This document shows positions 35,149-43,571 of a stretch of DNA of 64,000 nucleotides, one piece after another (position 1 is the first letter of the stretch; each line of letters begins with the position of its first letter). The stretch comes from an uncultured Planctomycetia bacterium (GTDB lineage: Bacteria; Omnitrophota; Gorgyraeia; Tantalellales; Tantalellaceae), in contig CAYPCX010000001.1 in assembly GCA_964409365.1 (NCBI GenBank), positions 312,699 through 376,698 of the forward strand, in the 5' to 3' direction. The notes beneath the pieces are model-generated. The model saw only the letters and a program-made list of their open reading frames with translations. It searched no databases and had not been told where the DNA came from. Both the position numbers and the translations under genes were made by a program.

Positions 35149-35565
35149 ATGATGAGGATTTTCCGGAATCAGAAGGGAATAACTCTCGTAGAGGTCATCG
35201 TGTCGGTGATCCTGGTAGCTATCATCGTTACCTCCATTATCGTCACCGTGGCCCAGAGTTCCGTGTATTCGAACCGGATCGATCTGATATATACTTCCTC
35301 CAACCTGGCGAAGGCCCGGATGGACGAACTAAAACTTCTCCAGTTCTCCGATCTGGCCGATAGGGGGAGCGAGAGCGCCGTGCGCATAGACGAGAACGGC
35401 CAGCCGGATGCAAGTGGTGACTATCTCAGGACTACCGAGATTACCGGAGATTATGACGGTAACGCCTACCTGGCGAAAGTAAAGGTCAGTGTGGACAAAT
35501 ACGTGGACGGCCAGCCTTCAGGGAGCCCGGTCGTCATCGAGACGCTTTTTGCCGATATAGAATAA
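35149..35565 (+). CDS. Prepilin-type N-terminal cleavage/methylation domain protein (pseudopilin / minor pilin)
   Basis: QKG|ITLVEVIVSVILVAIIV class III signal with E+5, 138 aa. Confidence 0.7.
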   Translation: MMRIFRNQKGITLVEVIVSVILVAIIVTSIIVTVAQSSVYSNRIDLIYTSSNLAKARMDELKLLQFSDLADRGSESAVRIDENGQPDASGDYLRTTEITGDYDGNAYLAKVKVSVDKYVDGQPSGSPVVIETLFADIE

Positions 35566-35579
35566 GAGAAGGAGCCTTT

Positions 35580-37871
35580 ATGAGACGCTATATTAGCGAC
35601 GGAAGAGGATTTACTCTTACCGAGGTCATGTTCGTTGCCGTGATCTCCGTGATAGTCATCGGGACCATCCTGTCGGCGTGGATATTCACCCACAAAGCCT
35701 GGACCATAGAAGGAGAGCGCACCCGCCTGCGCGTTGACATGACCAAGGGTATGGAGACGGTACAGGACGATATCCGGCTCTCAAGCGCGACTTACATTGT
35801 CGTGTATCCCGCTGACAGCGTTTCCGGGGCCTACACGGCGATAAGCATGCCGGTAGCCGATACGGACGCGGCCGGTTTTTACACCCTGGATGCCGGCGGC
35901 GCGATAGAATGGGACAGGACGGTCATCTACCATATCTTTACCGATGACGACGGCAACAAGACGTTAAGACGCACCGTCTATGATCCCCGGGATAACACCA
36001 TGAGCGATACCGACCGGTATAACCAGCTGGCGGCCGTCGTGTCGGCCGGCACCGGAGGGGTAGGTTCTACGACGGACACGGAATTCCTGGAGAACCTGGA
36101 CACGTTCGAGGTCGCGCCGCTGCCGCTGACGATAGATTTTTACGAGGATTCCGAGGACCCGGTCAGGATGGGCAAAGTGATATTCGGGTGGGCCCGGATG
36201 GATGCGGGGGACCATACGGTGCGCTTTGAGGTCACCGGAAAGAACGACGATTCGAGCGGTTACGCTTTCGGTCTTGATTACCTGAGGATCGAGCCCTGCG
36301 GAAGCCGCCGGGAGGCGGAATATTATAATTCTTCTTTCGCGCCTTCGGGAGCGCTGTCCTCCAACGGGAAGACCGTAAACAGGGTATATGATAATACGTG
36401 GAGCAATGACAACTATCTCGAATACCAGGCGACCGCCGAGGACGATTATATAACGATCACCGATTATTATGACCTCTGGAGGGAGTCCACGTTCTCGGAT
36501 TCGAGCAGGAACAACACGATGTTCTATGAAGAGGAAGTCCGCGTGAAGATAGAGCTTCCCGAAGACCGCGAGACAGGAAAAGAACAGATAAGGTGGTACG
36601 CGTCGGAGCAGTCGGGTGACACCCAGCAGGACGGGCGCGATGGTTACGCCAACCCGGGCGCCCCGACATCGGCGCCTTCCGAGCCGTTGGTCATCAGGAC
36701 CGTCATCAAGAACGCTTTTATAGATATGGACGCCGACGCGGGAGAGAAGGCGGATCTCGTAAGGGTAAAGTTCAAGTCGTCTTCTTCCGACGCGCTGAAG
36801 ATCGCGAAGGCATATATAACCCGCAGGGATCCCATTGTCGCCGACGACAGTAACCCCGAATATTATAACGGTAAGGTCAACCTTGACCCCTCCGGCAGGG
36901 ATATCGATGAGTATCATATGCATCAGCAGCTTTTCTTCGAGGATACGTCGACGGGGGACATGCTCGAGGGCGTGACCATAGAAGCCGGCGAAGAGGCGTG
37001 GACCGTATGGACAGCTTTCCCGCTGATCGTCAGAGATTCGGATTCGACCGATCTTGACTATCTCGTTACCTATTACGCGGATGACGTGTCTGATTCGAGC
37101 TGTAAATACTGGCAGGGGACGTCATACAACACGTGTTACATAACCGGGGCGGATTACTCGACGACAGAGCTCGGAAGAGCGGCCGGGACGCCCGTGTGGG
37201 GCAGCGATTATACTATCCGTTATTTTTCGGACGATATCTGCGCCGTGTCGGACATCGATACGTGGGAAAATGAAGGGACGGTGGAATCGAATATTTTCGA
37301 TACCGCAGAGGCATCCCCGGTGTACAACCAGATAAAGTGGTCTGAAGACAGACCGGCCGGCACTAACATTATCATGAAGACGCGTTCGTCCGAAGACCAG
37401 TTCATGGAAAACGCCACGGACTGGAGCCTCATTACGGGATCCGGCGTGAATCCCCATTCGCTTTCGATATCGAGTGACAGGTATGTACAGTTCATGGCCC
37501 AGATAAGTACCGACCCCTTCTGGGAATGCTCCGCCGGGACGCTTGCCTACGCGGATTACGTGGACGAGCAGAGAAATCTTGCCGGCGCACCGTATACGTT
37601 CCCTTCGCGCAGCGGGGAATATCTTGTGACGGGTCTTTATTCCGCGTGGATAGACGACGTCGAGATAGACTGGCCGGGCGAAGACAGGACCTGTGTGCTG
37701 AGCGGTTACATCGCCAGAAAGGACGATTACGGCCAGGTGAAAGTGAAAGTGGACGGGAAGGATATCTTCAGGGTCTACAGGGTGGATTTAGAGGTCTCGG
37801 CCGATTTTCAGGACCGCACGTTGGAGGAGGCCAGCAGCGTGGAACTTGAGCCAAGGAATACGGGACGGTGA
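35580..37871 (+). CDS. Large (763 aa) prepilin-like protein, candidate pilus-associated adhesin
   Basis: GRG|FTLTEVMFVAVISVIVIG prepilin N-terminus followed by a long Asp/Ser/Thr/Tyr-rich beta-type region. Confidence 0.55.
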   Translation: MRRYISDGRGFTLTEVMFVAVISVIVIGTILSAWIFTHKAWTIEGERTRLRVDMTKGMETVQDDIRLSSATYIVVYPADSVSGAYTAISMPVADTDAAGFYTLDAGGAIEWDRTVIYHIFTDDDGNKTLRRTVYDPRDNTMSDTDRYNQLAAVVSAGTGGVGSTTDTEFLENLDTFEVAPLPLTIDFYEDSEDPVRMGKVIFGWARMDAGDHTVRFEVTGKNDDSSGYAFGLDYLRIEPCGSRREAEYYNSSFAPSGALSSNGKTVNRVYDNTWSNDNYLEYQATAEDDYITITDYYDLWRESTFSDSSRNNTMFYEEEVRVKIELPEDRETGKEQIRWYASEQSGDTQQDGRDGYANPGAPTSAPSEPLVIRTVIKNAFIDMDADAGEKADLVRVKFKSSSSDALKIAKAYITRRDPIVADDSNPEYYNGKVNLDPSGRDIDEYHMHQQLFFEDTSTGDMLEGVTIEAGEEAWTVWTAFPLIVRDSDSTDLDYLVTYYADDVSDSSCKYWQGTSYNTCYITGADYSTTELGRAAGTPVWGSDYTIRYFSDDICAVSDIDTWENEGTVESNIFDTAEASPVYNQIKWSEDRPAGTNIIMKTRSSEDQFMENATDWSLITGSGVNPHSLSISSDRYVQFMAQISTDPFWECSAGTLAYADYVDEQRNLAGAPYTFPSRSGEYLVTGLYSAWIDDVEIDWPGEDRTCVLSGYIARKDDYGQVKVKVDGKDIFRVYRVDLEVSADFQDRTLEEASSVELEPRNTGR

Positions 37872-37960
37872 TCCAGGTTTCAGGTCTCAGGAGTATGGAG
37901 AAAACATGTTTTTCTCAAAGGCCCGAAACCCGACACCAGAAACCTGACACCTGGACTTAC
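37865..37960. repeat. ~90-nt hairpin-plus-heptamer element, family 3, copy 2 (contains the perfect palindrome AAAACATGTTTT)
   Basis: ccaggtttcaggtctcaggagtatggagaaaacatgtttttctcaaaggcccgaaacccgacaccagaaacctgacacctgg. Confidence 0.75.
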
Positions 37961-37972
37961 GGAAAAGAAGGT

Positions 37973-39127
37973 ATGCTTGGGAAGTTGATCAAAAAAACAG
38001 GTGATCAAAAAGGCATAGTTCTCGTGGTCGTGATGTCGTTCGCGGCGCTAATCGTCCTGAGTACGCTCTCTCTCAGTACTATAGTAAAGCGGGATATCGA
38101 GCTGGTCGGGTCCGTCAAGTACAGGGCGCAGGCGAGATATCTGGCGGAGGCCGGTATCAGTCACGCCCTGGCCAGGATAAAGCAGGAAGATTTCAGCTCA
38201 AGGTCGGATCTGAACAGCAGCCTGGATATCGGTTCGTACAGCGTGAGCTTCTCGGAGGCCGGCGGCAGGTACCTGGTGACGTCCGTGGGCACCGCTTACG
38301 GGATGACAAGAACGGTCACGGCAGAGATAGAAAATCTCGCGCCGACGGCCATGCGGTACAGCTGTATCGCGGGGAACAATATCGGGATCAACGGCTCCGG
38401 TAAGACCGTTGATATTGAAGGGGATATCCACGCGAACAATAACGTCTATCTGAAATGCTCCTGGCTTTCGGGAAGTATCACGATAACGGGAGACGTTTCG
38501 GCGACGGGTATCGTCAAGGAAGGTTCGAAGCTCCACCGGAGAGACGGGTTCTGGGGCGGCTGGCAGGATTGGAAAGTGTATATCAACGGTTTGAACGACG
38601 ACAAAGCGGAAGTTGGCGAGGACGACAGTAAAGCCAGCTTCCCGAGCTTTGATTACGAAAAGTACCGGGAGGAGGCGATAGATTCCGGCGATTATTATGA
38701 TACGGACCAGGTCTTCGACAGTGTGAACCTGGATCCCGGTAACGGTATAGTATTCGTGGACGGGCGCGTCACGTTCGAGGGGAATTCGACGATAAGGGGG
38801 GGCGTTGTAGCCGATGATATCACGATTAACGGCGCCCTGACCCAGTACAAAAGCGGAGAAAGGAACGTTATCATAGCGAGGGAAGGGGACATCGGCCTAA
38901 GGGGGGACCTGGATGTGGAGGAGGCGGTCGTGTATTCGGTGAAAGATATCCGGACCGATGCGAGCGGCGTGGATATTACGATAGACGGCGTCATGATGGC
39001 CCGGCGGGATATCAATATGTGGACCAATCCCGCTAATATGGATTATGATTACGTGGAGATATATCCGAGCGATGTCGGTTCGGGAGGCGAAGAACAGACA
39101 TTCGCTGTTGTGAGCTGGAATAGGTGA
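37973..39127 (+). CDS. PilX-N-domain minor pilin-like protein with C-terminal beta-helix-like repeats (paralog 1)
   Basis: KGIVLVVVMSFAALIVLSTLSLS...YRAQARYLAEAGISHALARIK resembles the PilX N-terminal domain; repetitive hydrophobic/Gly C-terminal segments. Confidence 0.55.
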   Translation: MLGKLIKKTGDQKGIVLVVVMSFAALIVLSTLSLSTIVKRDIELVGSVKYRAQARYLAEAGISHALARIKQEDFSSRSDLNSSLDIGSYSVSFSEAGGRYLVTSVGTAYGMTRTVTAEIENLAPTAMRYSCIAGNNIGINGSGKTVDIEGDIHANNNVYLKCSWLSGSITITGDVSATGIVKEGSKLHRRDGFWGGWQDWKVYINGLNDDKAEVGEDDSKASFPSFDYEKYREEAIDSGDYYDTDQVFDSVNLDPGNGIVFVDGRVTFEGNSTIRGGVVADDITINGALTQYKSGERNVIIAREGDIGLRGDLDVEEAVVYSVKDIRTDASGVDITIDGVMMARRDINMWTNPANMDYDYVEIYPSDVGSGGEEQTFAVVSWNR

Positions 39128-39159
39128 GCCAGGTGTCAGGGGTGAAAGGGGGCGGAGCG

Positions 39160-40326
39160 ATGAAGGTGCGACTTTTGACTGGAAGAACAGCAGCAAGTAC
39201 GCCCCATCAGAAGGGGGCGGTGCTTGTCGTGGTCATAGCTTTCGCGACATTGGTCGTTATGTCCACGCTGGCCTTGTCCACCATGGTGCAGCGGGATGCC
39301 GAGCTCATCCGTGTCACCAGGGACCGCTCGCAGGCCCAGTATGTGGCGGAGGCCGGCTTGCACCACGCGCTTGCGAGGTTCAAGAGCGAGAATTTCGCGT
39401 CCAGGTCCGACTTTACCGGGGATCTGGACACCGGTTCATACAGCGTTACTTTTTCCGAAGAAAGCGGCAGGCACCTGATAACTTCCATAGGCACCGTGGG
39501 CAATAATTCAAAAACCGCTTCCATCGAGGTCGAGAACCTCATGCCGACGGCCATGTTCTACCTTTCGGCCGCGGGTAACGACATAAGGATAAACTCGTTC
39601 GTTGCGGACGCGGAAATAAACGGGGACATACACGCCAATAACGACGTCTATCTGAAATCCGGTCCGCTTATAGCGTTCCTAATGATAACCGGGGACGTCT
39701 CGGCCACGGGCGTTGTGAAGGAAGGTTCGCGTCTGCACCAGGCGGACGGGCTCTTCGGGGGATTCCTTGACCTTCACGTCTATATCAACGGGGTGAACCA
39801 GGATGACGCTTTTGTCGACGAAGGTGCGCCCAGGGTCATTTTCCCGACGTTCAATTATGACCAGTACCGCCAGGCGGCGGAGGATTCAGGCGAGTATTAT
39901 GACACGGATACCACCTTTAACGGCCAGACCGTCGATCCTTCCGAGGGCATAGTATACGTGAACGGGAACGCCAGGTTCGAAGGGAACTGCACGATAAACG
40001 GGGGCGTCGTGGCCGACGAGATAACGGTAACAGGGACACTGAACCAGGTCAAAAAGGGGAACCGTAACGTCGTCATAGCCAAGGAGGGGGATATAGGTAT
40101 CCTGGGCCGTCTCTACACGGAGGAAGCCGTCGTATACGCGGGAAGGGATATACGTTCCCTGCAGGTCCTGGCCGAGATCGAGATCAACGGGGTGATCATG
40201 GCACGCAGGGACATATACATGTGGAATTTCCTTACGCGGATAGATTACAACTACGTGGAGACCTATCCGACCGATGTCGGGGATCAGGACGACCAGCAGT
40301 TCGGCATTATCAGCTGGAACCTGTAA
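39160..40326 (+). CDS. PilX-N-domain minor pilin-like protein (paralog 2)
   Basis: Same architecture; long identical stretches with paralog 3 (MPTAMFYLSAAGNDIRINSFVA.AEINGDIHANNDVYLKSGPLIAFL). Confidence 0.55.
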   Translation: MKVRLLTGRTAASTPHQKGAVLVVVIAFATLVVMSTLALSTMVQRDAELIRVTRDRSQAQYVAEAGLHHALARFKSENFASRSDFTGDLDTGSYSVTFSEESGRHLITSIGTVGNNSKTASIEVENLMPTAMFYLSAAGNDIRINSFVADAEINGDIHANNDVYLKSGPLIAFLMITGDVSATGVVKEGSRLHQADGLFGGFLDLHVYINGVNQDDAFVDEGAPRVIFPTFNYDQYRQAAEDSGEYYDTDTTFNGQTVDPSEGIVYVNGNARFEGNCTINGGVVADEITVTGTLNQVKKGNRNVVIAKEGDIGILGRLYTEEAVVYAGRDIRSLQVLAEIEINGVIMARRDIYMWNFLTRIDYNYVETYPTDVGDQDDQQFGIISWNL

Positions 40327-40357
40327 TGATGCTTGAGACGTTTTTAGAGTGATAACA

Positions 40358-40470
40358 GAAAAGGAAAGGGTATCCCGTGCTCAAAAAGTAACCAGTTTCC
40401 AGTAACCAGAAAAAAATAATCTGGTAACGGGTTACGGGCAACTGGTTACTACGTTAGGTCTCAGATGTCA
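40358..40470. repeat. Partial copy of the ~95-nt hairpin element (5' arm only) fused to a CCAGTAACC/GGTTACTGG inverted heptamer patch
   Basis: aaaggaaagggtatcccgtgctcaaaaagtaaccagtttccagtaaccag...ggtaacgggttacgggcaactggttact. Confidence 0.6.
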
Positions 40471-40487
40471 GGTTAAAGGAAGGGGAT

Positions 40488-41654
40488 ATGAGAAAAAAAG
40501 GCGTTTTAGACATGACCGGATCCATGTTAACGGACCGGAAGGGGACAGTGCTCATGGTCGTAATGGCGTTCGTGACGCTGATGGTCCTGACCACGCTTGC
40601 CCTCTCCAATATGGTGCAGAGGGATGCCGAGCTTATCCGGGTGACCAGGGGCCGTTCACAGGCGCAGTACGTGGCCGAAGCGGGTCTTCACCACGCCCTT
40701 GCCAGGTTCAAGACCGAGAGTTTCGCTTCAAGGGAGGATTTCACGGGGAATTTAGACCTGGGTTCTTACGAGGTGACGTTCGCCACGAAGCACGGGAGAC
40801 ATCTTGTAACCTCGGTCGGGACGGTCGGCGACATGTCCAGGACGGTCTCCATGGAGGTCGAGAGCCTGATGCCGACGGCCATGTTCTACCTTTCGGCCGC
40901 GGGTAACGACATAAGGATAAACTCTTTCGTGGCGAATGCAGAAATAAACGGCGATATCCATGCCAACAATGATGTCTATCTGAAATCCGGCCCGCTCATC
41001 GCGTTTCTCACTATTACCGGTGATGTGTCCGCGACGGGTGTCGTAAAGGAGGGTTCCAAACTTCATGCGGCAGACGGGCTGTTGGGAGCTTATCTTGACC
41101 TCCACGTATATATCAACGGGATGAACGAGGATACCGCTACCGTTTACGAAGAAGAAAGCAGGCTGACTTTCCCCACGTTCGATTATGACCAGTACCGTCA
41201 GGTGGCAATAGATTCGGGATCATATTATGACACCGATCAGGTTTTCAGCGGCGAGACCTTCGATCCGGCCGAAGGCATCGTCTACGTGGACGGCACCGTG
41301 AGATTTGAGGGCAATTGCACGGTCAACGGCGGTATCATTGCCGATGATATAACCATAGCAGGGACTTTGAACCAGGTAAAAAAGGCCAACCGGAACGTTA
41401 TTCTGGCGAAAGAAGGAGATATAGGTGTACTGGGCCGGCTTTACACGGAAGAAGCCGTTGTATACGCGGGAAGGGATATACGCTCTTTGCAGATAGGGGC
41501 CGATATCGAGGTCAACGGGTTGATAATGGCCCGTAGGGATATTTACATGTGGAATTTCCTTACCATGATCGACTATAACTATGTGGAGACCTACCCGGAC
41601 GATGTCGGTGAACAGGACGACCAGCAGTTCGGCATTATCAGCTGGAACCTGTGA
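40488..41654 (+). CDS. PilX-N-domain minor pilin-like protein (paralog 3)
   Basis: Near-identical to paralog 2 over most of its length; SD aaggaagggg upstream. Confidence 0.55.
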   Translation: MRKKGVLDMTGSMLTDRKGTVLMVVMAFVTLMVLTTLALSNMVQRDAELIRVTRGRSQAQYVAEAGLHHALARFKTESFASREDFTGNLDLGSYEVTFATKHGRHLVTSVGTVGDMSRTVSMEVESLMPTAMFYLSAAGNDIRINSFVANAEINGDIHANNDVYLKSGPLIAFLTITGDVSATGVVKEGSKLHAADGLLGAYLDLHVYINGMNEDTATVYEEESRLTFPTFDYDQYRQVAIDSGSYYDTDQVFSGETFDPAEGIVYVDGTVRFEGNCTVNGGIIADDITIAGTLNQVKKANRNVILAKEGDIGVLGRLYTEEAVVYAGRDIRSLQIGADIEVNGLIMARRDIYMWNFLTMIDYNYVETYPDDVGEQDDQQFGIISWNL

Positions 41655-41663
41655 CGATATGGC

Positions 41664-41724
41664 TTGACAACAGCATACCCTTTTGATAATATTTATAATA
41701 CCCCGTGAAGGGGTTATTTTTATT
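41664..41724 (+). promoter_or_regulatory. Candidate promoter (TTGACA-17-TAATAT) followed immediately by a GC hairpin and T-run (ACCCCGTGAAGGGGTtatttttatt), upstream of rplU
   Basis: Direct reading; the hairpin could terminate the pilX block, act as an rplU leader structure, or both. Confidence 0.4.
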
Positions 41725-41773
41725 ACTGATGATAACTATTTATAGTATAATAGGTTAGGAGGCTGAAAAGGGC

Positions 41774-42088
41774 ATGTACGCAGTAATAGAGCTTATGGGC
41801 GCGCAGGTCAGGGTCGAAAAGGACGATAAGTTCACGGTCAACAGGATGAAGCCGCAGAAGGCCAGGACCATAAGATGTGATAAAGTGCTTTTCGCCAGGA
41901 AAGGGAATTCCTACAAGATAGGGACGCCGTACGTGAAAGACGCCTATGTCGAGTGCGAGATACTGGGCGATAAACGCCTGCCCAAAGTAACGGCGTTCAA
42001 GTACAGGGAAAGAAAGAGCTCCCAGTCGACGAAGGGGCACAGGCAGGACGTTACCGAACTTAAAGTAAAAGATATCCACATGGAGTAA
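41774..42088 (+). CDS. rplU: 50S ribosomal protein L21
   Basis: MYAVIE.GG.Q..V start and KG.R....KFKRR-type core, 104 aa. Confidence 0.95.
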   Translation: MYAVIELMGAQVRVEKDDKFTVNRMKPQKARTIRCDKVLFARKGNSYKIGTPYVKDAYVECEILGDKRLPKVTAFKYRERKSSQSTKGHRQDVTELKVKDIHME

Positions 42089-42089
42089 G

Positions 42090-42295
42090 AACAGATGTCA
42101 GAAAACAGAGGACAGGGAACAGTGATAAGTAACACGGATAAAGGAAAAAGGATAAAGTGCCAAGTATCAAGTGTTGAGTTGTGAGTTGTTAGTTATGAGT
42201 TGTACGACTAAGAACTAAAAACTAACAACTAAAAACTAACAACTAACATCTTACATCTGACTTCTGTATTCTGGAACGATGCGATAAACGAGGAG
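42090..42295. repeat. Composite heptamer mosaic in inverted orientation, between rplU and rpmA
   Basis: caagtatcaagtgttgagttgtgagttgttagttatgagttgtacgactaa is the reverse complement of 6491-6541 with one mismatch. Confidence 0.85.
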
Positions 42296-42301
42296 AAAAA
42301 T

Positions 42302-42544
42302 ATGGCGCATAAAAAGGGACAGGGAGCTTCACGCAACGGAAGGGAATCCAATTCGCAGAGACTCGGGGTCAAGAGCTACGGCGGACAGTTCGTGAACGCG
42401 GGGAGCATAATCATAAGGCAGAGAGGCACCCATTTCAAGCCGGGTGTCAACGTGGGTCTCGGCAAGGATGACACCCTTTTCGCCAAGTGCGACGGGGTCG
42501 TCAGTTTTTCCGGGAAGAGGGTCGTGAACGTCATTTCCGAATGA
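42302..42544 (+). CDS. rpmA: 50S ribosomal protein L27
   Basis: MAHKKG.GS.RNGR.S...LGVK N-terminus, 80 aa. Confidence 0.95.
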   Translation: MAHKKGQGASRNGRESNSQRLGVKSYGGQFVNAGSIIIRQRGTHFKPGVNVGLGKDDTLFAKCDGVVSFSGKRVVNVISE

Positions 42545-42545
42545 G

Positions 42546-43571
42546 ATGCTGGTCGACCATGCGAAGATCTACGTCTCGGGCGGGAACGGAGGAGACGGCT
42601 GCAACAGTTTTTACAAGGACCTCTTTCACCGCAAGGGGATACCTGACGGAGGCGACGGGGGTGACGGCGGGGACGTCGTGATCGAAAGCGACCCCAACCT
42701 CCAGACACTTCTTGATTTCAAGTATAACCAGCATTATAATGCGGCGAGAGGCGGACACGCGAGTTCCAACCACAAAGCGGGCAGGCGAGGAAAGGACCGG
42801 CTTGTGAAAGTTCCCGTGGGAACCATCGTAAAAGACCTCGAGAACGATCTTGTCATCAGGGACCTCGACAGGGCCGGCGAAAAGGTCATAGTAGCAAGGG
42901 GAGGCGCCGGAGGCAAGGGGAACTCAAAGTCGTCGGAAGCCACCCGTGGAGAAGAAGGCGAAACGAGGACCCTGGCGCTCGAGCTCAAGCTTGTCGCCGA
43001 CGCCGGCATAATCGGTTTCCCGAACGCCGGTAAATCCACCCTCATTTCGAAGATATCCAAAGCCCATTCCAAGGTGGCCCCGTATCCCTTTACGACCAAA
43101 AGCCCGAAACTCGGGATGGTCAAGTATCATGAGAGTTCTTTTGTGATGGCTGACATGCCGGGCCTCATAGAAGGGGCCCACGCGGGGCGGGGGCTGGGGG
43201 ACAGGTTCCTGCGCCATATCGAGAGGACGATGATCCTCGTCCATCTTGTCGATATCGTCCCCCTTGACGGCACGGACCCGCTTGAGAACTATTACAAGCT
43301 TGAGGAAGAACTCAGGCTTTACGGGGAGAACGTCCACGGGAAGCCGAGGATCATCGTCGCCAATAAGATGGATCTTCCGGGGGCCGAAGATAACCTGAAG
43401 ATATTTAAGGCCGAGGTCGGCGAAGAGGTGCTGCCGGTATCGGCGCTTACGGGCGAGGGACTGGGGGAACTGGTAAAGGCGGTTTACGAAGGGATAAAAA
43501 ATGTCCGGGAAGAAAGGTTCGAAGAGGATAACGATCAAGGTCGGGACCAGGGTCCTGACGGACAGCCGTAA
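42546..43571 (+). CDS. obg: GTPase ObgE/CgtA
   Basis: Gly-rich Obg fold (GGNGGDGC...GGDGGDGGDV), G1 GFPNAGKST, G3 DMPG, G4 NKMD. Confidence 0.95.
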   Translation: MLVDHAKIYVSGGNGGDGCNSFYKDLFHRKGIPDGGDGGDGGDVVIESDPNLQTLLDFKYNQHYNAARGGHASSNHKAGRRGKDRLVKVPVGTIVKDLENDLVIRDLDRAGEKVIVARGGAGGKGNSKSSEATRGEEGETRTLALELKLVADAGIIGFPNAGKSTLISKISKAHSKVAPYPFTTKSPKLGMVKYHESSFVMADMPGLIEGAHAGRGLGDRFLRHIERTMILVHLVDIVPLDGTDPLENYYKLEEELRLYGENVHGKPRIIVANKMDLPGAEDNLKIFKAEVGEEVLPVSALTGEGLGELVKAVYEGIKNVREERFEEDNDQGRDQGPDGQP

